DNA of 44,263 nucleotides from an uncultured Rhizobiaceae bacterium (GTDB lineage Bacteria; Pseudomonadota; Alphaproteobacteria; Rickettsiales; UBA1997): NCBI GenBank assembly GCA_964622015.1, contig CAZUPN010000001.1, positions 20,746 to 65,008 of the forward strand, read 5' to 3'. Shown piece by piece: positions 21,047 to 30,900 of this stretch (position 1 is its first letter; each line of letters starts with the position of its first letter). The notes under the pieces were generated by a model. It saw only the letters and a program-made list of their open reading frames with translations, ran no database searches and was not told where the DNA came from. The position numbers and the translations under genes were made by a program.

Positions 21047-22420
21047 ATGATATTAGATAAAAAATCCTCAATTTCCAAAGCAGCAATTATATTTCTAGTC
21101 CTTATTTTTAGCAGCTGCGCTGATAATAAAAAATCCTACGATCATCAAAAGGCCATTTCGATCTTCATCGATAATAGCCAGCTACAAATTGATAAATCGC
21201 TATCAAAAACCACCATTACAATTCCAGCCCAAAAAAACAGCCAATATTGGTATGGGTTTAGGTCTGATAAAAATCAGGAAATCGATAATTTTTTACTTGA
21301 GATTAAAAATTTAAAAAAACCAGGCAAATTATATTCAACCTATAATTCTTCCCTTGATCACCGCCTGATTTTTTCACCGGTAATTATTGATGATAGAAGC
21401 TATTTTCTTAACTCCAGGGGCTTGCTTAGCGCCTTTGATTTAAAAACTCAAAAAGTAATTTGGCAAACAAGAATTTTTCCACTCAAAATTTTTAAAAATT
21501 ATCAAAATCCAAAAATCAGCTATAATGATGGTAAAATTTTTGCCATTGCCGGATCTAATAGAGTGGTAGCAGTAAATCGTGAAAATGGCGAAATTATCTG
21601 GTCTAAAGATATTTCTTCAATTGCAATTTCAACTCCAATTTCTGATTTTAAATCAGTTTTCTTTACTACTAATGACAATAAATTATATGCTTTAGATGCA
21701 AATAATGGCGAAATAAAATGGGTACATTTTGGAATTTCAAAAAATACCGCAATTCTTGGCGCTGCCAATCCGGTCTTTTATAAAAATACCGTAATCGCCT
21801 CTTACTCATCTGGTGAAATTTATGCAATTAACAAAGAAACCGGGCAAAGCGTCTGGTCACAAGATTTAAATCTTAATAAACTCACTAATTCAGATTTTTA
21901 TTTAAATGATATTGACGCCACTCCAATAATTAAAAATAATATAATTTATACCATCGGCAATGGTGGCTTAATGATGGCAATCAATCTTGATCGCGGCAAT
22001 GTTATCTGGAAAAAAGAACTGGCCTCGATCTCTGACTTTTGGGTTGGAGGAGATTTTATCTATCTAATTAATAATGATAATAAATTAATCGCGCTTTATA
22101 CCAAAACCGGCGGCATTAAATGGTTTACTCAATTACCAAATTTAGTAAAAACTGATAAGCCAGAAAGTAAAATAATTTACAGCGGCATCGTCATGGCCGG
22201 AGATAAATTAATTATTACCGACACTGCTGGAAAATTATTATTTGCCTCCCCATTTGATGGTAAATTAGAAGGCGAAATCAAATTAGATCAAAAAACCTAT
22301 CAAAATGCAGTAATCGTAAATTCCAGAATTTACCTAAATACCGTTGGTGGCTATAATATGAATTTAATTGAAATCTCAGAATCCAAAGCTAAAAAATTTG
22401 AGTTAAATATTTTTAATTAA
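21047..22420 (+). CDS. bamB: outer-membrane protein assembly lipoprotein BamB (PQQ-like beta-propeller)
   Basis: Lipobox LIFSSC. Repeated propeller blades with the G-x-I/V-x-W pattern (NGEIIWSKD, NGEIKWVH, TGQSVWSQD, RGNVIWKKE, TGGIKWFTQ). Synteny with the yfgM-like gene. Confidence 0.8.
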   Translation: MILDKKSSISKAAIIFLVLIFSSCADNKKSYDHQKAISIFIDNSQLQIDKSLSKTTITIPAQKNSQYWYGFRSDKNQEIDNFLLEIKNLKKPGKLYSTYNSSLDHRLIFSPVIIDDRSYFLNSRGLLSAFDLKTQKVIWQTRIFPLKIFKNYQNPKISYNDGKIFAIAGSNRVVAVNRENGEIIWSKDISSIAISTPISDFKSVFFTTNDNKLYALDANNGEIKWVHFGISKNTAILGAANPVFYKNTVIASYSSGEIYAINKETGQSVWSQDLNLNKLTNSDFYLNDIDATPIIKNNIIYTIGNGGLMMAINLDRGNVIWKKELASISDFWVGGDFIYLINNDNKLIALYTKTGGIKWFTQLPNLVKTDKPESKIIYSGIVMAGDKLIITDTAGKLLFASPFDGKLEGEIKLDQKTYQNAVIVNSRIYLNTVGGYNMNLIEISESKAKKFELNIFN

Positions 22421-22809
22421 TTTAATTGTACCCTGCCTTTAGATATTAAAATAAATCCAACTATAGCTGCTAAAGCTGGCAGCAGCCAAAGTAAATAGGT
22501 TTTATAACTTAAATTTGAAGAAGCAATAATTTCATCACCGAATTCGCCTGCTAATTCTGATTTTATTTGTTTGTCACTTTTATGTTCGAGGATTTTTTGT
22601 CTGATTATTTGCCGTAATTGATAGGCGAATTCGCTGTTTGAGCTGTCGATGGTTTGAGCTTCGCATACCAGGCATTTGACTTCGGTGAATAAATTGAAGG
22701 CTCGCTTTTCGTCATCATCATTACTTAATCTTTGCTCTGGGGCTAAGGCTAATGATTGAAGGCAAAAAAATGAGGATAACATTAGGGCTGCTAATAAGCG
22801 CAGTTTCAT
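22417..22809 (-). CDS. ccmH: cytochrome c-type biogenesis protein CcmH (CycL)
   Basis: Signal peptide, CLVCEAQTIDSSNSEFA (CxxC heme-handling motif), and a C-terminal TM segment. 130 aa. Confidence 0.8.
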   Translation of the reverse strand: MKLRLLAALMLSSFFCLQSLALAPEQRLSNDDDEKRAFNLFTEVKCLVCEAQTIDSSNSEFAYQLRQIIRQKILEHKSDKQIKSELAGEFGDEIIASSNLSYKTYLLWLLPALAAIVGFILISKGRVQLN

Positions 22810-23636
22810 AAATTATTCAAATTGATATTGCCAGTAAAAATTTCTTTATGGCAACCGGTCATAATTATTGGCGAATCAGGGCTTGACCATTTTATATGCA
22901 GATCGCCAGCTTTGAAGCGAATAGTGGTTTCCTTTTTATTGATGAGATTATTTTTTATTGCTATTGCCGCAACTGCGCAGGCACCGCTACCACAAGAAAG
23001 AGTTTCACCTACCCCTCTTTCAAAGACCCTGACCGTAATTAAATCATCATTAATAATTCTAGCAAATTCAATATTGGTTCTTGAGATAAAAAGCGGGTTG
23101 GATTCAATTTTTTTGCCAAGATCAGAAAAATCCTGATCGCTGATATCATAATTTAGAAAGGTTAGCGCATGAGGATTGCCGATATTTACCAAATAGAAGC
23201 GATGATTGTCAAAAATAACATTATCAGTAGCAATATTTTTATTAATTGGAATTTCTGACCATAAAAATTTAGGATAACCCATTGCCACTGAAATTAAATT
23301 ACCATTTTTATGACATTCTAAAATACCGGCATCGGTTTTGATTTTAACTTGTGACTGGTTTTTTTCTGCAATTAATAAGCCAGCCACACATCTGGTGGCA
23401 TTACCGCAAGTTGGCGATTTTGAGCCATCATTATTATAAATTTCGATGTAACAATCAGCTTCCTGTTTTTGATCATTAAGGATTATGATCAGCTGATCAC
23501 AACCGATATTTTTGCGATCCGAAAGCCTGATTACGTCATTTATTTTAAGCTCGATATTTTTTTGACGCTGATCGATAATGATAAAATCATTGCCGATGGC
23601 ATTCATTTTTAGGAAGGAGAATTTAGTATTGGTCAT
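22806..23636 (-). CDS. dapF: diaminopimelate epimerase
   Basis: MNAIGNDFIIID, the two catalytic Cys contexts (CGNATRC and SCGSGACA), 276 aa. Confidence 0.92.
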   Translation of the reverse strand: MTNTKFSFLKMNAIGNDFIIIDQRQKNIELKINDVIRLSDRKNIGCDQLIIILNDQKQEADCYIEIYNNDGSKSPTCGNATRCVAGLLIAEKNQSQVKIKTDAGILECHKNGNLISVAMGYPKFLWSEIPINKNIATDNVIFDNHRFYLVNIGNPHALTFLNYDISDQDFSDLGKKIESNPLFISRTNIEFARIINDDLITVRVFERGVGETLSCGSGACAVAAIAIKNNLINKKETTIRFKAGDLHIKWSSPDSPIIMTGCHKEIFTGNINLNNL

Positions 23637-23655
23637 ATAGCTTTACATTATATTT

Positions 23656-23743
23656 CTGGATTGCCGGGTCGCTTTGCTCCTGGCGAATGACGAAAGTCTT
23701 GAGTTCGTTATTACGAGGAGCCGTAGGCGAGGCGGCAATCCAG
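23656..23743. repeat. 88-bp palindromic intergenic element (RPE-like family), full-length copy E1
   Basis: Terminal inverted repeats CTGGATTGCCG...CGGCAATCCAG. The arms are imperfect inverted copies (GGTCGCTTTGCTCCTGGCGAATGACGAA / TTCGTTATTACGAGGAGCCGTAGGCGAGG). It fills most of the ppdK-dapF spacer. Confidence 0.8.
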
Positions 23744-23751
23744 TTTTAAAT

Positions 23752-26409
23752 TTATATATTAGCCTTTGCCGCCGCCAATCTTGCAATTGGTACTCGGTAA
23801 GGAGAGCAAGATACGTAATCTAAGCCGGCCTTATGGAAAAAATAGATGGAATTTGGGTTGCCGCCATGTTCACCGCAAATGCCTAATTTTAGGTTTTTGC
23901 GGGTCGCCTTGCCTTTGGCAACTGCAATTTCAATTAACTGGCCTACCCCATCAACATCTAATTCGGCAAAGGGATCTTTTTTAAAGATTCCGGCATTTTG
24001 ATAATGACCTAAAAATCCAGCAGAATCATCGCGAGAAAGGCCAAAGGTGGTTTGAGTTAAATCATTGGTACCAAAACTAAAAAATTCGGCCTCACTAGCA
24101 ATTTCATCAGCCATTAAAGCGGCACGCGGTAGTTCAATCATAGTACCAATTAGATAATTTAGCTTAATTTTTTGTTTAGCCTCGACTTCCAATTCAACTT
24201 TGATAATTAATTTTTTTAGAATTTCGATTTCTTTTTTAGTTGCAACTAAAGGAATCATTATTTCTAGCAATACATCTTGATTATATTGTTTTTTTACTTC
24301 AGAGGCCGCTTCAAAAATTGCCCGAGCCTGCATTTCGTAAATTTCAGGATAAGAAATACCAAGCCTGCAGCCACGATGACCAAGCATTGGGTTTTCTTCT
24401 TTTAATTGAGCATTTCTTCTTTTGACATAATCAATTTCTACCCCAAGCTGATTGGCAACTTCGATAATTTCCTGATCTTTATGCGGCAAAAATTCATGCA
24501 ATGGCGGGTCAAGTAAGCGAATTGTTACCGGTAGGCCGGCCATGATTTTGAAGATTTGGAAAAAATCCCGCTCTTGCATCGGCAATAATTTAGCCAGAGC
24601 TTTTTTGCGACCCTCAAGATCTTCAGCTAAAATCATTTCGCGAACTGAAATAATTCTATCTTCATTAAAAAACATATGTTCGGTACGGCATAATCCGATG
24701 CCTTCAGCGCCAAAATCACGGGCAGTTTGACAATCAAGAGCGGTTTCGGCATTGGCTCTAATTTTAAGCTTTCTAAAACCATCAGCCCAGCCCATCAAAA
24801 GTTTAAAATCATCAGATAAATTGGGTTTTAAAGTTGGCACCTCGCCTAAAATTACATCGCCATTTGAGCCATTAATGGTAATGACATCGCCTTCTTTTAC
24901 TATTATGCCATCTTGGGTAGTAAAAAATTTCGCATTATGATCAATTTGGATAAAAGAAGCGCCACTTACGCAAGGCTTGCCCATACCTCTGGCAACAACT
25001 GCAGCGTGGGAAGTCATGCCACCTCTGGCAGTTAAAATTCCTTCAGAAACATGCATTCCTTTAATATCTTCAGGGCTGGTTTCAAGCCGCACTAATATTA
25101 CTTTTTTACTTTCAGATTTTTTTTCAGCATCCTGACTTGAAAAAACTACCATCCCGCAAGCAGCACCAGGAGAAGCTGGAAGCGCATTGCCGATAATTTT
25201 AACTTTTGCTTTCGGATCAAGAGTTGGGTGTAATAATTGATCTAAACTTTCAGGATCAATTCTTCTAATTGCTTCTTTTTTATCAATCAAACCTTCCTTA
25301 ACCATATCAACGGCAATTTTTACTGCCGCATGAGCAGTTCTTTTGCCATTTCTGGTTTGCAGCATCCATAATTTGTTATTTTGCACTGTAAATTCGATAT
25401 CTTGCATATCCTTATAATGCAATTCGAGCTTTTGATAGATATTTACTAACTCAGCAAAAATTTTTGGCATCGATTCTTCCATCGAAATCAGATCAGAGCC
25501 TGATTGTTTTTTGCCATTAATGGTTATTGATTGTGGGGTTCTAATACCAGCAACTACATCTTCACCTTGAGCATTAATTAAATATTCACCATATAATTCC
25601 TTATTGCCATTAGAAGGATTGCGGCTAAAAGCAACACCAGTAGCTGAAGTTTCGCCCATATTACCAAATACCATCGATTGAATATTAACTGCGGTGCCCC
25701 ATGCGCTTGGAATATTATTTAACTCACGGTAAGTGATGGCGCGCTCATTCATCCATGAAAAAAATACTGCTGAAATTGCACCCCAAAGCTGTTCTTTAGC
25801 ATCTTGAGGAAAATCTTTTTTGGTTTCTTCTTTAATTTTTTGTTTAAATAATTCAACGATTCCTTCTAAAGCTTCAACACTTAATTCAGTGTCGGTAACC
25901 ACTCCAAGTTCCTGCTTTTTTTCATCCATTATTACTTCAAAATTATAATGATCAAAACCAAGCACTACATCACTATACATTTGAATAAAGCGGCGATAAG
26001 AATCAAAAGCAAAACGGCGATTACCGCTTTTATTTGCAAGTCCAATTACGGTTTTGTCATTTAAGCCTAAATTTAAAACCGTATCCATCATCCCAGGCAT
26101 TGAAGCCCTGGAGCCTGATCTTACTGAAAAGAGTAATGGATTATCAATATCGCCGAATTTAGCACCGATTATTTTTTCAATTGCTGCAATTGAATTTTCA
26201 ATTTCAAGATTGAGAGAGGATGGAAATTGCTGATTATTTTGATAATAAAAATCACAAACTTCAGTAGTAATTGTAAAGCCTGGAGGCACCGGTAACCCCA
26301 TCTTGCACATCTCAGCAAGATTAGCACCCTTACCACCAAGTAAATTCTTCATTGACGAATCGCCTTCAGCCTTACCATCGCCGAAACTATAAACATACTT
26401 GTCAGTCAT
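23752..26409 (-). CDS. ppdK: pyruvate, phosphate dikinase
   Basis: 885 aa with GGMTSHAAVVARGMGKPCV (phospho-His domain), an N-terminal ATP-grasp and a C-terminal PEP-utilising TIM domain (GICGEHGG). Confidence 0.95.
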   Translation of the reverse strand: MTDKYVYSFGDGKAEGDSSMKNLLGGKGANLAEMCKMGLPVPPGFTITTEVCDFYYQNNQQFPSSLNLEIENSIAAIEKIIGAKFGDIDNPLLFSVRSGSRASMPGMMDTVLNLGLNDKTVIGLANKSGNRRFAFDSYRRFIQMYSDVVLGFDHYNFEVIMDEKKQELGVVTDTELSVEALEGIVELFKQKIKEETKKDFPQDAKEQLWGAISAVFFSWMNERAITYRELNNIPSAWGTAVNIQSMVFGNMGETSATGVAFSRNPSNGNKELYGEYLINAQGEDVVAGIRTPQSITINGKKQSGSDLISMEESMPKIFAELVNIYQKLELHYKDMQDIEFTVQNNKLWMLQTRNGKRTAHAAVKIAVDMVKEGLIDKKEAIRRIDPESLDQLLHPTLDPKAKVKIIGNALPASPGAACGMVVFSSQDAEKKSESKKVILVRLETSPEDIKGMHVSEGILTARGGMTSHAAVVARGMGKPCVSGASFIQIDHNAKFFTTQDGIIVKEGDVITINGSNGDVILGEVPTLKPNLSDDFKLLMGWADGFRKLKIRANAETALDCQTARDFGAEGIGLCRTEHMFFNEDRIISVREMILAEDLEGRKKALAKLLPMQERDFFQIFKIMAGLPVTIRLLDPPLHEFLPHKDQEIIEVANQLGVEIDYVKRRNAQLKEENPMLGHRGCRLGISYPEIYEMQARAIFEAASEVKKQYNQDVLLEIMIPLVATKKEIEILKKLIIKVELEVEAKQKIKLNYLIGTMIELPRAALMADEIASEAEFFSFGTNDLTQTTFGLSRDDSAGFLGHYQNAGIFKKDPFAELDVDGVGQLIEIAVAKGKATRKNLKLGICGEHGGNPNSIYFFHKAGLDYVSCSPYRVPIARLAAAKANI

Positions 26410-26454
26410 TTTTTTTAAGTGAAATAATTATTATAAATTATGATCTCAGCCTGA

Positions 26455-26474
26455 AAGGGGTCTATTGACCCCTT
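26455..26474. repeat. short hairpin repeat, perfect copy
   Basis: AAGGGGTC-TATT-GACCCCTT followed by CCGGGCGCA, in the ispB-ppdK spacer. Confidence 0.7.
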
Positions 26475-26513
26475 CCGGGCGCAAAAAACATAAATAACAC
26501 CGAGATTTTGCAT

Positions 26514-27515
26514 TTAAAGAACTCTTTTTAAACAATAATCAACAATTGTAAGTAGATATTCTTTTGGCTTAGAATCGGGAAATAAATCGAGATTCTTAAA
26601 TGCTAGTTCTCTGTAAAATAGCGCTTTGGTAATTGAATCTTCAATTGCCTGATATTTTTTAATCAGCGCTAAAATCAGTTCAAAATTATCATAATTTTTA
26701 TGATTTTCAATCAAGTTATTAGCAAATAAATTCTTGATCAATTCCCGATCTGTTTTACTTGCCTTTTGATAGGCAATGATTATTGGCAAAGTAATTTTAG
26801 AATCAAAAAAATCATCACCAATATCTTTTCCTAAAGCTTTTTGACTGGCTGAATAATCTAAAATATCATCGGTAATTTGAAAAATTATCCCCAAATTTTT
26901 ACCAAATTGCCTTAAGGCGTTAATTTCATCCTGGCTATTATCTGCAATCAAGGCTCCCACTTCGGTTGCCGCTGAAAATAAAATTGCAGTTTTTGAACTG
27001 ATAATTTCAAAATATTGCTGATGACTGATTTCAATATTACTTGAATTCATTAATTGTAGTACCTCGCCATCGGCCATAGTTGCCGAGGCTTTTGATAATA
27101 ATTTTAAAACTTCTAAATTACCATCCGCAGTCATCAGTTCAAAAGCAGCAGAAAATAAATAATCGCCAACCAAAATTGCCGCTTTATTATCCCAAATTGC
27201 ATTAATGGTTTTTTGCGATCTTCTTAAATAGCTATTATCAACCACATCGTCATGAAGCAGAGTTGCGGTGTGAATTAATTCAATTGCCGCTCCTAAATTA
27301 TAATGACGATTGCCATTTTCATAACCACATAATCTGGCGGCAATAATCAATAAAATTGGCCTAATTCTTTTGCCGCCAGAAGAAATCAAATAATCAGTAA
27401 CATCAAATATTAATTTTGCCCGATTATCAGTTGAATGTTTGATAATATCATCAATCTTGACCAGATCAGGCTTTAAAATCTCTAATATTTCTGAAAAATT
27501 ATTATTAAAATTCAC
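26514..27515 (-). CDS. ispB: all-trans polyprenyl (octaprenyl-type) diphosphate synthase
   Basis: Both DDxxD motifs (LLHDDVVD, ITDDILD). The 333-aa size and overall pattern match long-chain trans-IPPS. Confidence 0.88.
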   Translation of the reverse strand: MNFNNNFSEILEILKPDLVKIDDIIKHSTDNRAKLIFDVTDYLISSGGKRIRPILLIIAARLCGYENGNRHYNLGAAIELIHTATLLHDDVVDNSYLRRSQKTINAIWDNKAAILVGDYLFSAAFELMTADGNLEVLKLLSKASATMADGEVLQLMNSSNIEISHQQYFEIISSKTAILFSAATEVGALIADNSQDEINALRQFGKNLGIIFQITDDILDYSASQKALGKDIGDDFFDSKITLPIIIAYQKASKTDRELIKNLFANNLIENHKNYDNFELILALIKKYQAIEDSITKALFYRELAFKNLDLFPDSKPKEYLLTIVDYCLKRVL

Positions 27516-27523
27516 TTTTTCCT

Positions 27524-27838
27524 TTAAGAAATATTATGATCATGAATGGCAAGAATTTTATTGCGACAATCTTCTATTCTAACCACAATATCGTTAATGG
27601 TTTTCTTTACCTCATCAGAAATTTCCTTATCGCAATCGCCATTTTTAACGAATTTTATGTAAAGAGTAGTGAGGTGATCAGTATATTTTTCGAGATTTTC
27701 AATCATATCCTCAACGATCATAAATTGCTCTTGCGACAAATCTGAAGAACTATCCTCAACCGCAGTGATTAGACGATCGGAAAAATTGTAATATTTGATG
27801 ATTTGATTATAAAGCTGTTCCTGTTTTGCGGTAGCCAT
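27524..27838 (-). CDS. hypothetical small acidic helical protein (104 aa)
   Basis: Non-overlapped ORF between the ankyrin gene and ispB, 8 nt upstream of ispB. D/E-rich with amphipathic-helix-like periodicity. No family recognised. Confidence 0.5.
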   Translation of the reverse strand: MATAKQEQLYNQIIKYYNFSDRLITAVEDSSSDLSQEQFMIVEDMIENLEKYTDHLTTLYIKFVKNGDCDKEISDEVKKTINDIVVRIEDCRNKILAIHDHNIS

Positions 27839-27930
27839 TTGAGAAATTTATTTGAAAAACTAAAATGAAGGTCACATGATATTAGCTCAAAATTACCCAT
27901 AGCAAGATTAAAAGTCAATTTCTGAATAAA

Positions 27931-30900
27931 TTATCTCATTTTTGGGAAATTTTCTATCGCAACATTATTATCATCTGCGATATTTTTATGAGTATGATGA
28001 AGAGTTTGCTTAGGATTAGCATGAAGATCAGTTGAAGGACGTCCATTTTCGTTATTATCATCTTCTCCTTCGTTTTTTTCCTCAATATCCTCCTCTATCT
28101 CTTCTTCAAGCCTCTTTTGATTATCACGAAATTTCTTTGCCAAATCATCAATTTGATTATTAAAATTATCAAGATTTAAAACTAATTTACTTAAATCAGC
28201 AAAAGAAATTGGCTTTTGATCATCGCCATTTTGCGAAATCAATATTTCAGATTTTTTAGGGTCAATTAATATTTGATATCTAGTTGACGATTGTTCTTGG
28301 AAGGTGTAATCAATATGATTGTAACTTAAAATTATTTTACCATTTTCATTTTTTACTGAAAAATCACTAAATATGTCACTACCCCTCATTGGATCTCTAC
28401 TGCTATATTCAAGATTGGATAAAACATCGCATTTACTTAAAGCGCCAACAATGTTGACAAGACTTTCCTGCATTTGCTTTTGAGCACCAAATATTTTGGC
28501 TTTAATTTCAAATTCATCAGCAAATTTTTTAATAAAATTAACAATCTCTTGCCTCTTAGTATCATTTTCAATTACAGGTAAAAGTTGATCCTGAATAATC
28601 ACTGAACCATCCCGATATTCTATACCAATTAAATTATGAAATTCTTTATTTTTTTGCGCATCAAATTGGCTAAAATATAATCCAAGAGCAAATAAATTGC
28701 CGCCAAATAATTGCTCTCTTAAATATCTATCCTCTGCTTTGGAATTTTTCTTGTCATCTAAAGCAACGATTGACTTACCTAGCTCCCATACTATTCCCGC
28801 GACCATAAAATGAGTCTGTTCAAAATTCTGCTTTTCTGACTCATTTTCAGCTTTGACTTTTAACGCCAAATCTCTGAGATTTTCATTTGGAGTTAATGGA
28901 ATTTTGCTAAAAATTTTAACAATAGCAGGATTTTTGCTGTGATTAGCTAGCTCTCTTACTGATTTTCCAGCGTCATTTTTTTGATGAATAATCGAATCTG
29001 CGCCATGTTGCAGCAATAAGGTTGTGGCTTTGATATCGTCATTTAGTACCGCCAAATGCAAAGCATTATTACCGGCTTGGTCTTTAGGAGTAAAATCATA
29101 TTTATCCTGCTTGATTAAAATTCGAAATACCGAATTGGCAACTTTTGATTTTATCGCTGTTTTTAACAATGAAAAAAACCCTTGAGCAGCAGTTTTAGGC
29201 TGCCCATCCTGATCTTCGAACTTATATTCTGGATTTGCCTTTCTAACCATCATGGTAAAGAATCGACTACCTTTTTCTAGCCCATATTCAAGTACAGTTT
29301 TATCCTTCTTGTCAGCTAAATAAGGATTGGCACCAGCTTTTAATAAAGCCTCAGCGCTCTTTGGATGATTATGCTCTGCTGCCTTATGGAGTGCAGTCAT
29401 TTCCTCATTATCCTTGGTATCAATTTTTAAATCACCTTTATTTGCAACCATCATCTTCACAGTTTTCGCTCTTCCATGCTCAGCGGCCAAATGTAATGGT
29501 ATTTTACCATAATTATTAGCAATATTTGGATTGGCGCCATGTTTTAACAGTAATTCAGCGGCCTGTTTACCAGTGGCAGAAATAATACCGTTTTTTCTTT
29601 GCGCTGCAAGATGTAGAGCCGCTTGACCTTCATTATCTTGCAAATCAAGAATTGCAGATTTTTTATCTTGTGGCACCAACTCAATTACTTTAGCCATCAA
29701 ATCTATTTGACCAGATTTAGTAAGCCTATGAAAAATAGTTTTATTGTCAGCATCTTTATGACTAACAAATAGCGCTTTTTGATCATCCGCCATCAAAGAA
29801 AGTAATTTTAGCGCGGTTTTTGGATTGCCATTTTCAAATAGATTATGAAGCGTAACTATAGCTTTATAGTTATTTATGCGTAAACTAGTTGCTCCAGCCT
29901 TTAGCAAAATTCCTATCGAAATCATATCTGACTTTTCAAGCGCCTTTGCAAGTGGATTATTGTCGTCCCTGCCATTTAGAGTAGTTTGCAATCTTCCATC
30001 AGTATCTTTGCTAAGCAAATTAATTAAACCAGGCAATAAATCCGACCTACCAAGGCCAATGGCCTTACAAATCATACCTTGCGATCCAACCAGGCCAAAA
30101 CCCTTAAGAATTAAAGCAATATCAGAACTTCTATAAGAGCTAATTAAGCCAATCATTGCATCAAATCGATTTTTATCCTTATATTTATCAGCATAATCAA
30201 TGGCAAGATTTAAACATTCTGCCACTAACCGTCTATTTTGGTCATCAAGTGTAGTAGTTTTGGGCAGCGCACTAAATTTTTCTCTCATAATTCTTGCATC
30301 TTCTTCTTTTTGCTGCAAAGTTGCTATTTGTGATTCTCTTTGCTGAGCTTGCTGCTGTTTTTTTCTAGCCTCCGCCTCTTCTTGTTGTTGCTTCTTTTTT
30401 GCCTCTTGCTGTGCTTTTTGCTGCTTAGCCTCTTCTTGCTGCTGTTTTTTTCTTGCTTCTGATTCGGCCTTTTCTTGCTGATGCCGTTTTTGCTGCTCGC
30501 TTTTTAATAAAGCGATGATTTTTTTATCTTCAGGTAATTTAGGATTTGCCAGAGGCAATAAATAATTTACAGTTTCATTTGAAATCAGAGGAAATAATTT
30601 CATATATTCCTCAGTTTTGGTACTTACTACCATTTGATGAAATAATGTTTTATCACCGATTTTGCTAATCAAAATTGTCGCCTGCTCCGCCGGTGTAATT
30701 ATTTTTGATAATTGCGATAATGCATTTACAATCATGTCACTATGTCCATATGAGGTAATGAAATCAGTGACGCTGATTAAATAATCTACCAAAATATCTA
30801 TTTTATCCTGGCCTGATTTACCTTTCGCCACCTCTAGCTTGGAATTTATATTTTTAAGTTGTTGATCTTTTTCTTGCTGACCTCTTCTGGCAATTTCTGC

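Noticed and set aside
20841-21086. An 81-aa minus-strand ORF, the only listed ORF lying mainly in an intergenic region.
   Set aside because: It runs through the hairpin-repeat mosaic and overlaps the bamB start. Its sequence is Cys/Phe/Leu-rich and of low plausibility (…YVCNSCNLCAGMALL…), with no start context or motif. It is most likely a chance ORF created by repeat DNA.
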